DNA of 64,000 nucleotides, from positions 270,104 through 334,103 of the forward strand of contig CACIJE010000001.1 of NCBI GenBank assembly GCA_902586925.1, read 5' to 3'. Below, in pieces: positions 1-10,212 of this stretch. How positions within the stretch are numbered: the first letter of the stretch is position 1; the number at the start of each line of letters is the position of its first letter. The DNA comes from an uncultured SAR86 cluster bacterium (GTDB taxonomy: Bacteria; Pseudomonadota; Gammaproteobacteria; Magnimaribacterales; D2472). The translations under genes and the position numbers were made by a program. The notes below the pieces were generated by a model. That model saw nothing but the letters and a program-made list of their open reading frames with translations, was not told where the DNA came from and did no database searches.

Positions 1-40
1 CAACTTTAAGAACCAAACTTAAAAAATATAATATTGGTCA

Positions 41-1579
41 ATGAATATTGTTAATCCACAGACCGCCCTAGTCAGTCTTTCAGATAAGAGCAACCTATAT
101 CATATTATTGATTTCTTAGTAAAGAAAAAAATTAAAATACTCTCTACTGGCGGAACTTATAACGCAATTAAAAAGATTACTGATAATGTTGTAGAGGTAT
201 CTGAATTTACTGGATTTGACGAAATGATGGATGGGAGAGTGAAAACTCTTCATCCTAAAATTCATGCAGGTATTCTTGCAAGGCGTGACTCAGATTTAGA
301 ATTACTTAAAGAAAAAGGTTACGAAACAATTGACCTTGTTATAGTAAATTTATATCCCTTTGAAGAAACTATAAAAAAAGATTGTTCTTTTGAAGATGCA
401 ATTGAAAATATTGATATTGGCGGTCCAACAATGATCAGAGCAGCAGCAAAAAATTTTCAAGATGTTGTGGTGTTATCAGATCCTAATGACTATGAAAAAA
501 TTACTAGAGAATGGGAGTCAAATGATGGCATTTCATATGAAACAAGAAAAAATTTATCACAAAAAGTTTTTAAGCTTATGGCTGATTACAACAAAACTAT
601 TTCTAATTATTTAGAAGGAAGTACTGAAAAAATTAATGATTATAATTTTTCAAAAAGTACCGTCTTGAGATATGGAGAAAATCCTCATCAATCAGCATCC
701 CTTCTTACATTTGAGAATCTACAAAATAAAAATATTGCAAATGCAGATATTCTGCAAGGCAAAGAGTTGTCCTATAACAACATAGTCGATGCGGATGCTG
801 CATGGGAATGTGTTAGGGAATTAAGTAATTCGGGTTGTGTGATTGTAAAACATGCAAATCCGTGCGGTGTTGCAGAAGCAAATTCTATTAGTGAAGCCTA
901 TGACTTAGCTTTCAAGACTGACCCAACTTCTGCCTTTGGTGGAATTATTGCTTTCAATCAGACTGTTGGCTCTGATACAGCTAAGGTTATAAATGAAAGG
1001 CAGTTTGTAGAGGTTATTATTGCTCCCGATTATGAAAAAGAGGCAATTGAAGAATTTTCTAAAAAAAAGAATATTAGAGTTTTAAAGGTTGATCTTAAAC
1101 AAGACAATCCTTATCCAGGAACAATAAAAAAAGTATCGGGTGGAATTTTAATTCAAGATGACGATTTAAAAAAAATAAATTCTGAAGAACTTAAATGTGT
1201 ATCAAAAAGAAATCCAACAGATCATGAAATAGAAGACCTTATTTTTGCTTGGAAAGTTGCTAAGTTTGTGAAAAGTAATGCAATTGTATATGTAAAAAAC
1301 AAACAAACTATCGGGATAGGTGCTGGTCAAATGAGTAGAGTTATAAGTGCTGAAATAGCTAATCTAAAAGCACATGAAGAAGGCCTAGAAGTCAAAAATG
1401 CTGTAATGGCATCTGATGCTTTCTTTCCGTTTAGAGATGGTATAGATAAGGCTGCATCAAGTGGAATTGCTGCAATAATTCAGCCAGGTGGTTCGATAAG
1501 AGATGATGAGATTATAGCTGCAGCTGATGAGCATGATATTGCTATGTTATTTACAGGAGTGAGGCATTTCAGACACTAA
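41..1579 (+). CDS. purH: Bifunctional AICAR transformylase/IMP cyclohydrolase
   Basis: Motifs GRVKTLHPKIHAGIL, IENIDIGGPTMIRAAAKN, LRYGENPHQ, SDAFFPFRD and C-terminal TGVRHFRH; upstream of purD. Confidence 0.98.
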   Translation: MNIVNPQTALVSLSDKSNLYHIIDFLVKKKIKILSTGGTYNAIKKITDNVVEVSEFTGFDEMMDGRVKTLHPKIHAGILARRDSDLELLKEKGYETIDLVIVNLYPFEETIKKDCSFEDAIENIDIGGPTMIRAAAKNFQDVVVLSDPNDYEKITREWESNDGISYETRKNLSQKVFKLMADYNKTISNYLEGSTEKINDYNFSKSTVLRYGENPHQSASLLTFENLQNKNIANADILQGKELSYNNIVDADAAWECVRELSNSGCVIVKHANPCGVAEANSISEAYDLAFKTDPTSAFGGIIAFNQTVGSDTAKVINERQFVEVIIAPDYEKEAIEEFSKKKNIRVLKVDLKQDNPYPGTIKKVSGGILIQDDDLKKINSEELKCVSKRNPTDHEIEDLIFAWKVAKFVKSNAIVYVKNKQTIGIGAGQMSRVISAEIANLKAHEEGLEVKNAVMASDAFFPFRDGIDKAASSGIAAIIQPGGSIRDDEIIAAADEHDIAMLFTGVRHFRH

Positions 1580-2847
1580 TGAATATTCTTATTATTGGTT
1601 CTGGTGGAAGAGAACACGCAATAGCTTGGAAATGTGCACAAGATGATTTTGTGAAACGTATTTATGTTTGTCCTGGAAATGCCGGAACGTATCTTGAAGA
1701 CAAAGTTAGCAACATTGTAATTGATACAAAAAAATTTAATCTTATTGAAGATTTCTGTGTAAAAGAGCAAATTGGTCTTGTAATCATTGGGCCAGAACAA
1801 CCTCTTGTAGATGGGTTGACTGATTATTTGCAAAATAAAGGTATTAAGACCTTTGGTCCATCGAAAAGTGCAGCACAGCTTGAAGGCTCAAAGACATTTT
1901 CAAAAGATTTTTTTGTTAAATACGATATTCCAACAGCTGAATATAAATCTTTTGAGGATTTTAATAGTTCAGTGAATTATCTGGATGAGGTAAGTTATCC
2001 AACAGTTGTGAAAGCAGACGGATTAGCTGCAGGTAAAGGTGTGATAATTTGTGAAAATAAAGAAAGTGCTATTAAGGCCCTAAATAGCATTTTTAACGAT
2101 AAAGCATTTGGCAAAGCTGGTAGCAGAGTAGTTATTGAAGAATTTTTAGAGGGTGAAGAAGCATCTTTTATTGCAGTTGTTAGTAAAGATAAAATTATTC
2201 CGCTGGTAACAAGTCAGGATCATAAAGCAGTTGGAGATGGAGATGTTGGCCTAAATACAGGTGGAATGGGTGCCTATTCACCAGCACCAATTGTTACTGA
2301 GGAGATGCAAAAAAAAATCCTTGAAAAAGTTATGTATCCAACTATGAACGGATTAATTAATGAAGGATTTCCTTATTTGGGTTTTTTATATGCTGGATTG
2401 ATGATAAAAGATGGTGATTTAAAAGTACTTGAATTTAATTGTCGATTTGGAGATCCTGAAACTCAACCAATTTTAATTAGATTAAAATCAAGCCTTGTTG
2501 AGCTTTGTCTCGCAGCAATTGATGATAAATTAAATTCATATTCCATAAATTGGAGTGAAAAACATTCTTGTGGAGTTGTAATCGCCTCTAAGGGTTATCC
2601 GGAGAGCTATGACATTGATAAAGAAGTAAAGATTAAGTTAAACGAAGAGAATGACTTGAAATTATTCCATGCAGGTACTAGATATGAAGATGATAAAATT
2701 ATTACAAGTGGTGGAAGGGTATTTTGTGCTACAGCTCTTGGGAATGATTTGAAAGAAGCTCAAGAAAAAGCATATAATCTCGTCAACAGTGTTGATTTTG
2801 AAGGTTCTTTTTTCAGAAAAGACATTGGGTTCAAAGGTATTAAATGA
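1579..2847 (+). CDS. purD: Phosphoribosylamine-glycine ligase
   Basis: IGSGGREHA, LEGSKTFSKDF, VVKADGLAAGKGV, NTGGMGAYSP, EFNCRFGDPETQ. Confidence 0.98.
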   Translation: MNILIIGSGGREHAIAWKCAQDDFVKRIYVCPGNAGTYLEDKVSNIVIDTKKFNLIEDFCVKEQIGLVIIGPEQPLVDGLTDYLQNKGIKTFGPSKSAAQLEGSKTFSKDFFVKYDIPTAEYKSFEDFNSSVNYLDEVSYPTVVKADGLAAGKGVIICENKESAIKALNSIFNDKAFGKAGSRVVIEEFLEGEEASFIAVVSKDKIIPLVTSQDHKAVGDGDVGLNTGGMGAYSPAPIVTEEMQKKILEKVMYPTMNGLINEGFPYLGFLYAGLMIKDGDLKVLEFNCRFGDPETQPILIRLKSSLVELCLAAIDDKLNSYSINWSEKHSCGVVIASKGYPESYDIDKEVKIKLNEENDLKLFHAGTRYEDDKIITSGGRVFCATALGNDLKEAQEKAYNLVNSVDFEGSFFRKDIGFKGIK

Positions 2848-3479
2848 GTATTTTAAACAACATAATTAATGAATTTGATATTGCATTAAAAACTTTATCA
2901 GATAAAAAAGCTGGAACAGATAGAGAGTATCCTCCAACTCCAGTAGATAAAAATACGAGTAAGCTTTCTAAAAAGGAAAAAGATTTATCTATTCAAATGA
3001 TGAGAGTAAATCATGCTGGAGAAGTTGCTGCTCAAGCACTATACAGGGGACAAGCCTTTGTATGCAAAGATAAGAAAATAAAAGAACATTTAATTCATGC
3101 TGGTGATGAAGAGACTGACCATTTGGTATGGTGTAAAAAAAGACTCAATGAACTTGGTGGTAATAGCTCAATATTAAATCCAATATGGTATGCCAGTTCT
3201 TTTACAATTGGTGCTATTTTTGGTGCTATGGGAGAAAAGACTAGTCTTGGATTTGTTGAAGAAACAGAGAAACAAGTGGTAATACATTTACAAAAACACT
3301 TAGACAAAATATCTAAAAAGGACAAGGAAACCATTGAGATTCTTAAAACCATGCAAGCTGATGAAGATCTTCATGCTGGTCAGGCGAATGAATCTGGCGC
3401 AGAAGAGCTTGAATCACCTACCAAAAAAATTATGGAATTTACAGCGAAGGTAATGACTTCAACTAGTAAATACATATGA
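2844..3479 (+). CDS. coq7: Demethoxyubiquinone hydroxylase (di-iron, Coq7/Clk-1 family)
   Basis: MRVNHAGEVAAQALYRGQA, EETDHLVWC, LNPIWY, EETEKQVVIHL and DEDLHA di-iron ligand pattern. Confidence 0.93.
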   Translation: MSILNNIINEFDIALKTLSDKKAGTDREYPPTPVDKNTSKLSKKEKDLSIQMMRVNHAGEVAAQALYRGQAFVCKDKKIKEHLIHAGDEETDHLVWCKKRLNELGGNSSILNPIWYASSFTIGAIFGAMGEKTSLGFVEETEKQVVIHLQKHLDKISKKDKETIEILKTMQADEDLHAGQANESGAEELESPTKKIMEFTAKVMTSTSKYI

Positions 3480-3958
3480 TGCGAATTTTTCTTTTATCGT
3501 TCTTTTTAAGTTTTAATTTAACTGCTGAAAACTCAATTGAGGCATTGGAGGAAACACTTTACAAGTTTTGGGAGGCAAGAAATAAACAAGATTTTGAAAT
3601 GATCTTTTTTTACGAGAGTAAAATCGGAGCAATAACTGGCTCTTCATCTGAAAATTACTTTTACGAGGATCCTCCTCCAGACTTGAAATCTGTTGTTGAT
3701 TATTATTCATTGGTTGAATCAGACGTGAAGCCCTCAAATGTAAAAATTATCCAACTATCTGAGAAGGTATATTTAACTCTGTATTATCTTACAGGAAGCT
3801 ATAAATATTCTAACGGCAAAGTAAATAATGAATATAAAACTAGGGCTTCAAATATTTGGTTTTACGAAGATGGTGGTTTTAAGTTGTATTACAAGAACTT
3901 TACAAATCTTAAAAAAGAACTTGAACCAACCGATATTATTGCCTATCCAATGGATTGA
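3476..3958 (+). CDS. Hypothetical exported protein, probable NTF2/SnoaL-like fold
   Basis: Signal-peptide-like N-terminus (MMRIFLLSFFLSFNLTA); N-terminal helix followed by beta-rich C-terminus (RASNIWFYEDGGFKL) typical of NTF2-like proteins; ATGA overlap with coq7. Confidence 0.55.
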   Translation: MMRIFLLSFFLSFNLTAENSIEALEETLYKFWEARNKQDFEMIFFYESKIGAITGSSSENYFYEDPPPDLKSVVDYYSLVESDVKPSNVKIIQLSEKVYLTLYYLTGSYKYSNGKVNNEYKTRASNIWFYEDGGFKLYYKNFTNLKKELEPTDIIAYPMD

Positions 3959-3964
3959 TTTTTA

Positions 3965-5281
3965 ATGATTGACCAACAGAATAATCAAAAAAAATCTAAT
4001 ATGCGCAAGGTTGCTTTGACTGCTTTAGCAGGTACAAGTATCGAATGGTATGACTTTTTTCTCTATGGCGCTGCAGCGGCTCTAATCTTTCCATCAGCTT
4101 TTTTTGGAGAAATTCCAGAGACAACTGCATTAATATTATCTTTATTGACATTCGCAGCAGGTTTCATAGCTAGGCCAATAGGTGGAATTATTTTTGGTCA
4201 CTTTGGAGATAAAGTTGGAAGAAAAAAAACACTTATTGCGGCTCTTGTGTTAATGGGGATATCTTCAACACTAATTGGACTTTTACCAACTTATGCCATG
4301 ATTGGAGTAACAGCTCCTATTCTCCTTACCCTTCTTCGATTTGCTCAGGGTCTTGCAATTGGGGGTCAATGGGGAGGTGCGATGCTTCTAGTAACTGAAA
4401 GTGCGCCTTCTAATCAAAGAGGATATTACGGTGCTTTTGCCCAAGCAGGCGCTCCAATTGGTGTAATTCTTGCAAATTTAGCATTAATAATTACAAGTGC
4501 ACTAGTCTCAGAAGAATTCTTTAATACATGGGGATGGAGAATACCATTTCTTGCAAGTGCTGTTCTGATTCTAATTAGCATGTATATTCAGCTCAATCTA
4601 GAAGATACCAAAGCATTCAAAGCACTAGCAACAAATTCAAACAACAAATCAAATGAACAAGTCCAAAGATCTCCAGTCTTAGAAGCCATAAGAAGATATC
4701 CAAAAAGAATTATGCTTGCCGCAGGTGCTTTTTTATCAGTTCAAGTTACTTTCTACATTTTAATTGCTTTTATGTTGGCCTACGGTGTTGCGAGTGCAAA
4801 TATGGAAAGAGACGATATGTTGACAGCAGTACTTATAGGATGTGCAATCATGGTTCCACTTCAGTTTATGTTCTCTGCCTATTCTGATAGAAATGGTAGA
4901 AAAGGCATTTTCATGCTGGGAGCTATCTTGTCTGGAGTCTGGGCGTTTGCTATTTTTCCATTAGTTGACACTGGTAACTTTTGGTTAATAGTTCTTGCTT
5001 TAGCTTTTGGGCTGATTTTTTTAGCAATGATGTATGGCCCACAAGCAGCTTTTTTTACAGAACTATTTAGTACGGAGGTAAGATACTCTGGTGCAACTTT
5101 AGGCTACCAATTTGGTGCAATAATAGGTGGTGCTTTTGCACCAACAATAGCAGTAAAATTATGGTCAGATTTTGATATTTTTTGGGTATCAGTTTATATA
5201 GCTTTTGCGTCGATGCTGACACTTATTTCAGTAATGCTATTGACAGAAACGTATAAGTCCAACTTAGACGAAGAAATATAA
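3965..5281 (+). CDS. MFS transporter, metabolite:H+ symporter (MHS; ShiA/ProP-like) family
   Basis: GTSIEWYDFFLYG, ARPIGGIIFGHFGDKVGRKK, RFAQGLAIGGQWGGA, GWRIPFL; about 12 hydrophobic segments. Confidence 0.92.
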   Translation: MIDQQNNQKKSNMRKVALTALAGTSIEWYDFFLYGAAAALIFPSAFFGEIPETTALILSLLTFAAGFIARPIGGIIFGHFGDKVGRKKTLIAALVLMGISSTLIGLLPTYAMIGVTAPILLTLLRFAQGLAIGGQWGGAMLLVTESAPSNQRGYYGAFAQAGAPIGVILANLALIITSALVSEEFFNTWGWRIPFLASAVLILISMYIQLNLEDTKAFKALATNSNNKSNEQVQRSPVLEAIRRYPKRIMLAAGAFLSVQVTFYILIAFMLAYGVASANMERDDMLTAVLIGCAIMVPLQFMFSAYSDRNGRKGIFMLGAILSGVWAFAIFPLVDTGNFWLIVLALAFGLIFLAMMYGPQAAFFTELFSTEVRYSGATLGYQFGAIIGGAFAPTIAVKLWSDFDIFWVSVYIAFASMLTLISVMLLTETYKSNLDEEI

Positions 5282-5314
5282 TTTAGAAATTATTCAAATC
5301 TAATTATTTTTATA

Positions 5315-6733
5315 ATGATTGATATAGTTATTTTAAATAGAAACTTGAGGTTGCATGATAATGCAGCGCTATACTATGGTTCATTAAATTCAAATTATAT
5401 TGTCATTCATCCATATGATAAAAATTATTGGAAGGCAAATGGTAGGTCTGTCAGACAGTTAAAATTCTCATATGACTGTCTTCAAGAATTAGATGATAGC
5501 CTTAAGAGAATTGGCTCTGAAATAAATATATTTGAAGGCTCATTTGATGATCTTAAAAAATGGATAAAAATAAATTTCAATGATTGCTGTATACACATCA
5601 ATCACTGCACAGATATTGATTATTTTAGAAAAGGATTTGAAAAATTCAATCAAGAATTTGGAGACGGGCTAAAAGTTTATGATGATTTTGGATTACAACT
5701 AACTAATTTTGATAGAGATACATGGTCCAAGAATTGGAATCATGTTATGCATAGTAGTTTAATAGGTGCGCCTAAAATAAATAAAAATTCAGTTGATACA
5801 AATCTTATTAAGTTTAACGAACATAAAAATAAAATTAAAAGTAAATTTACTAATATAGAGCATATCCAAAAAGGTGGAACATCAGTTGCAAATGAACTTT
5901 TAGAAAGCTTTTTATATGAAAGGTGTGAAGATTACAGAGTAAAAATGTCCAGTCCTAGTCTTTCAGAGGATAGTTGCTCAAGATTATCGCCACATTTTAC
6001 ATATGGCTCAATATCAATAAGGCAGGTTTACCAAAGGCTTAATGAATTACTTCCGTCACTTGATAATAAGAAAGATCTGTATTCTTTTAAAAAAAGACTT
6101 TATTGGCATTGTCATTTTGTTCAAAAACTCCATACAGAGCCGGAACTTGAGTTTAATTCTATGCATCGAATGTGCGATGAGTTAAGAACTGAGCATGATA
6201 ATGAAATGATTGATAAATGGATTAAGGGTGAAACTGGATTCCCATTTTTGGATGCTTGTATGAAATTTTTAAAAATCAATGGATGGATTAATTTTAGAAT
6301 GAGAGCAATGATCATGTCATTTGCTTCATATAATATGTGGCAACCGTGGCAAAAAACATCACCTCTTCTAGCTGAGCTTTTTACAGATTATGAGCCAGGA
6401 ATTCATATCAGTCAGGTTCAAATGCAAAGTGGTGTTACTGGTATAAACTTACCAAGAATATATTCAATCCCAAAGCAAAGCATGGATCAAGATCCAAGTG
6501 GAGAGTGGATAAAAAATCTTCTTCCTCAGCTTAACAATGTTGAACCAAAGCTCATTCACAGCGCAGAATTAAATGATGCATACTTACCTCAAATAGTTGA
6601 TCTTAAAGTCTCTGCTAAGTTTGCTCGTGATAAGGTTTGGGGAATAAGAAAAAGTAAAGAGTTCAAAGAAGAAGCAAGAAGAGTATACCTAAAACATGGA
6701 AGCAGAAGAAAAAGAAATGTTAAAACTAATTAG
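5315..6733 (+). CDS. Cryptochrome/photolyase family flavoprotein
   Basis: N-terminal RNLRLHDNAAL; FAD-binding domain SRLSPHFTYGSISIRQV, WIKGETGFPFLDACM, GWINFRMRAM, DYEPGIH, DQDPSGEWIK. Confidence 0.9.
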   Translation: MIDIVILNRNLRLHDNAALYYGSLNSNYIVIHPYDKNYWKANGRSVRQLKFSYDCLQELDDSLKRIGSEINIFEGSFDDLKKWIKINFNDCCIHINHCTDIDYFRKGFEKFNQEFGDGLKVYDDFGLQLTNFDRDTWSKNWNHVMHSSLIGAPKINKNSVDTNLIKFNEHKNKIKSKFTNIEHIQKGGTSVANELLESFLYERCEDYRVKMSSPSLSEDSCSRLSPHFTYGSISIRQVYQRLNELLPSLDNKKDLYSFKKRLYWHCHFVQKLHTEPELEFNSMHRMCDELRTEHDNEMIDKWIKGETGFPFLDACMKFLKINGWINFRMRAMIMSFASYNMWQPWQKTSPLLAELFTDYEPGIHISQVQMQSGVTGINLPRIYSIPKQSMDQDPSGEWIKNLLPQLNNVEPKLIHSAELNDAYLPQIVDLKVSAKFARDKVWGIRKSKEFKEEARRVYLKHGSRRKRNVKTN

Positions 6734-7283
6734 CCTTCCATTTAATATTACATCCCATAGACGGTAACTGCTCTTCACAGACGGGTTGATTGCTGAGTAA
6801 ATTATCAATTGCTACTCTTAAATCTTTGCCGGAGGGTTTTTTATCAGAACTGGGTGAAGTTTCATCCATTCTTCCACGATATTCAAGCTTATTTTGTTGA
6901 TTAAATAAATAGAATTCTGGAGTGCATTCAGCTTTATATTTTTTTGCTATTTCTTGTGTTTCATCGAACAAATATGGAAAAGACAAATTCAAAGAATTCC
7001 ATAATTCTTTCATTCTTTCTGGGTTATCTTGAGGGTATTCAATGATATCGTTGGAGCTAATTGCAACCATATTAATTTTTTGATTATAGTCTTTTGATAA
7101 CCGAACAATTTCTCCATGATAGTGAATAACATATGGACAATGGTTACATATAAACATTATTAAAGTTGGTTTGTTATCTTCAAGAGAATTAGATGCAAAA
7201 GTTTCTCCTGTTATTGAATTTAATAAATCAAATTCAATGAGATCTGTTTGAAGATCCAACATGCTTGAGTAAGTTAAAGCCAT
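6726..7283 (-). CDS. Thioredoxin-like/AhpC-TSA family protein
   Basis: FICNHCPYV (CxxC), YPQDNPERM, AECTPEFYLF, YRGRMD and C-terminal SMGCNIKWK. Confidence 0.9.
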   Translation of the reverse strand: MALTYSSMLDLQTDLIEFDLLNSITGETFASNSLEDNKPTLIMFICNHCPYVIHYHGEIVRLSKDYNQKINMVAISSNDIIEYPQDNPERMKELWNSLNLSFPYLFDETQEIAKKYKAECTPEFYLFNQQNKLEYRGRMDETSPSSDKKPSGKDLRVAIDNLLSNQPVCEEQLPSMGCNIKWKAN

Positions 7284-7290
7284 ATAAATA

Positions 7291-8460
7291 TTATAGACTC
7301 ATTTGCTGCCACTTAATTGGGACACCTTCTAGCTTATATCTATTTGATTCTTCTCGTAATTTTTCGTACTCAGTTTTTGATGAATAAACAGTTACTATTA
7401 AAGCATTTTCCTTGTTGGCAGTTATTCTAAGCACCCTACCCATCCTTTGTATTCTTTGCCTTTTTGATGAAGATGCACTTAAGATCATTGCTCCATCTGC
7501 TTCAGGCATATCAAAACCTTCATCAAGTGCTGTGCAACTTACGAGAACATTTAATTTACCTGATTTAAAAGCTTCAAGATTTTCTTGTCTTTCATCGTCT
7601 TTAAGATCTGTATTGTAAATACCAGACTTAAAACCTTTTTTATTAATTATTTTGTCAAACTCTTTTGCTTGTTTTTTGTTCTCCGTAAAAACAATCCAAC
7701 TTTCTCTTTTATGTTTCTGGATTAATTCAACTCCATAGGGAATTCTATTTTTAGAATTTTTAACTAATCTTGCTCTATTGAAAATTAGCATTTTCAAAGG
7801 ATAATCGTTCATATCTTGACCGCCTATAGTGGCTGCTCTTCTTTGTATGCTCTTTGTAAATTTCTTATACTTTTCTTCTTCTTCAGGAAGCAATGCAGCA
7901 TAACCATACAAAAGTTTAAAATTAACAATTACTTCGTCTTCTCTGGCATCTATGTAATCGTAATCAAAGATTATGTCGCCAAGTATTTTTTTAATAATGA
8001 TATAAAAATTATCATCATAGTCTCTCTCAGGAGTAGCTGACAATCCAAGAGTGGCATTCCAGTTGTTGGTGAGCATTTCTCCTCTTTTTTCTGTTCCTAT
8101 TTTGTGACATTCATCAACTATTAGAAGCGTATTTTGATAATTAACCTCTTCAATAATATTTTTTAACGAATCGATAGTTGTAATGCATATTTTTTTGAGT
8201 TCATTGGTCTGCTCTCCTCCTCCGTTAAGTGAAATGTCTTTTGGTTTAAATTCTTGTGAGAGACTTTCATACCATTGGTCTAGAAGAGCTATTGAGGGAA
8301 CAACAATTAAAATAGACTTTTGAGGATCATCCTCTAAATATTGTTTTGCACAATGGATAGCAAAGAATGTTTTGCCGCCGCCAGTAACAACTTTAATGAT
8401 ACCTCTTTTTTTTGCCCACCAAAGCGGAAAAGCCTTCTCTTGCCATTCCCTAAGTTTCAA
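7291..8460 (-). CDS. Superfamily II helicase (Rad25/XPB/SSL2-like core)
   Basis: Q-motif LREWQ, Walker A TGGGKT, DECH, SAT, DEGFD, QRIQRMGRVLR. Confidence 0.88.
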   Translation of the reverse strand: MKLREWQEKAFPLWWAKKRGIIKVVTGGGKTFFAIHCAKQYLEDDPQKSILIVVPSIALLDQWYESLSQEFKPKDISLNGGGEQTNELKKICITTIDSLKNIIEEVNYQNTLLIVDECHKIGTEKRGEMLTNNWNATLGLSATPERDYDDNFYIIIKKILGDIIFDYDYIDAREDEVIVNFKLLYGYAALLPEEEEKYKKFTKSIQRRAATIGGQDMNDYPLKMLIFNRARLVKNSKNRIPYGVELIQKHKRESWIVFTENKKQAKEFDKIINKKGFKSGIYNTDLKDDERQENLEAFKSGKLNVLVSCTALDEGFDMPEADGAMILSASSSKRQRIQRMGRVLRITANKENALIVTVYSSKTEYEKLREESNRYKLEGVPIKWQQMSL

Positions 8461-9205
8461 AAAAATCTCCTTTCATCAAGCTTTCACCAATTAGAAAAAC
8501 ATTAATATTATGTTGTTTGAGGTACTCGATATCTTTTTTGCTTTTTATGCCCGATTCAGCAATAAAAATATTTTCTCCCTCAAAAATTTTTTTTAGTTCA
8601 ACTGAATTATTAATATCGACATCAAAAGTTTTTAAATTTCTATTATTGACTCCAATAATTGCATTAGAGAAATGTTGTACTCTTTGTAATTCCTCCTCAT
8701 CATGAACCTCAATAATATAATCAAGCTTGAGTCTTTCTGCTATTTCTGAAAAGTTTTTTAATTCTTCGTCATTTAGTATTGAAGCAATGAGTAAAATACA
8801 ATCTGCTCCAATCAACTTTGACTCATATATTTGATACTCATCAACTATAAAATCTTTTCTGAGAATTGGAAGACTTGTAATTGCTTTGACATCCTTAAGA
8901 TACTCAATGTTTCCTAAAAAATAATCTTCCTCTGTGAGAATAGAAAGTGCCGAGGCTCCAAAAGATTCATATTCTTTTGATTTTAAAACTGGATCAAAAT
9001 TGTCACTGATAATGCCTGCACTTGGAGATGCTTTCTTAATCTCAGCAATAATAGCTTCAGCCTTATTCTGAAGACTTTTCTTAAAATTTGTTTCTTTAAG
9101 ATTCTCAAAATCTATTTTAGAAAACAATTCTTCAAGCGATAGTCCTTGTTTTTTTTCTTCAAGTTTAGATTTTGTTTTTGCTACTATTTCATCAAGAATA
9201 TTCAT
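8450..9205 (-). CDS. trpC: Indole-3-glycerol phosphate synthase
   Basis: IIAEIKKASPSAG, SILTEEDYF, LRKDFIVDEYQI, GVNNRNLKTF, AESGI. Confidence 0.97.
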   Translation of the reverse strand: MNILDEIVAKTKSKLEEKKQGLSLEELFSKIDFENLKETNFKKSLQNKAEAIIAEIKKASPSAGIISDNFDPVLKSKEYESFGASALSILTEEDYFLGNIEYLKDVKAITSLPILRKDFIVDEYQIYESKLIGADCILLIASILNDEELKNFSEIAERLKLDYIIEVHDEEELQRVQHFSNAIIGVNNRNLKTFDVDINNSVELKKIFEGENIFIAESGIKSKKDIEYLKQHNINVFLIGESLMKGDFFET

Positions 9206-10212
9206 TATTCGTTTGAAACCCTCACGTAGTCTGCTAATTTTTGTGCAGCTTGTCCGTTATTCATACAATCAAATGCCATTTCTACGCCATCACTTATAGA
9301 GTTAACTACACTTGCTACATATAAAGCAGCCCCGCTATTTAATGCGATCATGTCTTGCACAGCAGAACTCTCTCCATTAAATGCGCTATTCACAAGTAAA
9401 AGACTTTCGTCCGAAGAATTCGCAGTAATTTGATCAAATGAAGATAGGTTTAGTCCATAATCTTTAGGAGAAATTTTATATTCACTAATATTATTGTCTT
9501 TTAATTCTGAAACAATAGTTTCTGAACAAATTGAAATCTCATCAAGACCATCATCTCCGTGAACAATCATGACATGTTTCATATCAAGATTTTTTGCAAC
9601 ATTAGAAAACATTTTTACAAGCTGTTCATCATAAACTCCTAGGACCTGTTTTTTTGCACTGCATGGATTGGTATGCGGTCCTAACAAATTAAAAATAGTT
9701 TTTTCAGCAATTTTTTGTCTAACTGGCATCACAAACTTCATCGCTTCATGATGAAGTGGTGCAAATAAAAATACGAATCCAACTTTATCAAAAATTGATA
9801 TTAGTTTTTCTCTTTCATGATTAATGTTTGCACCTGACTGTGCAAGAAAGTCTGCACTACCAGATTTGCTAGAAATTGCTTTATTACCGTGCTTAGTGAT
9901 TTTAGCTCCTGCAGCTGCAGCAACAAAAGATGAGGCTGTTGAGCAATTAAAAGTATGTAAGCCTGTTCCACCTGTTCCACAAGTATCAATATGTGAACCA
10001 TCACCTATGTCAAATTTTAAAGATTTTTCTTTCATGACAATTGCAGCAGCAGTAACTTCAGTCTCTGATACACCCTTTTCATTTAATCCAATTAGAAAAG
10101 ATTCAATATCGTCATCATCAGACACATCAGACATTATTAAATTAATGGCTTCTTGCATCTCGTTAAGAGTTAGATCTTCCTTATTATTTATTTTGTTAAT
10201 AAAGTCCTTCAT
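9205..10212 (-). CDS. trpD: Anthranilate phosphoribosyltransferase
   Basis: DTCGTGGTG, KHGNKAISSKSGSAD, TIFNLLGP, VHGDDGLDEIS. Confidence 0.97.
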   Translation of the reverse strand: MKDFINKINNKEDLTLNEMQEAINLIMSDVSDDDDIESFLIGLNEKGVSETEVTAAAIVMKEKSLKFDIGDGSHIDTCGTGGTGLHTFNCSTASSFVAAAAGAKITKHGNKAISSKSGSADFLAQSGANINHEREKLISIFDKVGFVFLFAPLHHEAMKFVMPVRQKIAEKTIFNLLGPHTNPCSAKKQVLGVYDEQLVKMFSNVAKNLDMKHVMIVHGDDGLDEISICSETIVSELKDNNISEYKISPKDYGLNLSSFDQITANSSDESLLLVNSAFNGESSAVQDMIALNSGAALYVASVVNSISDGVEMAFDCMNNGQAAQKLADYVRVSNE

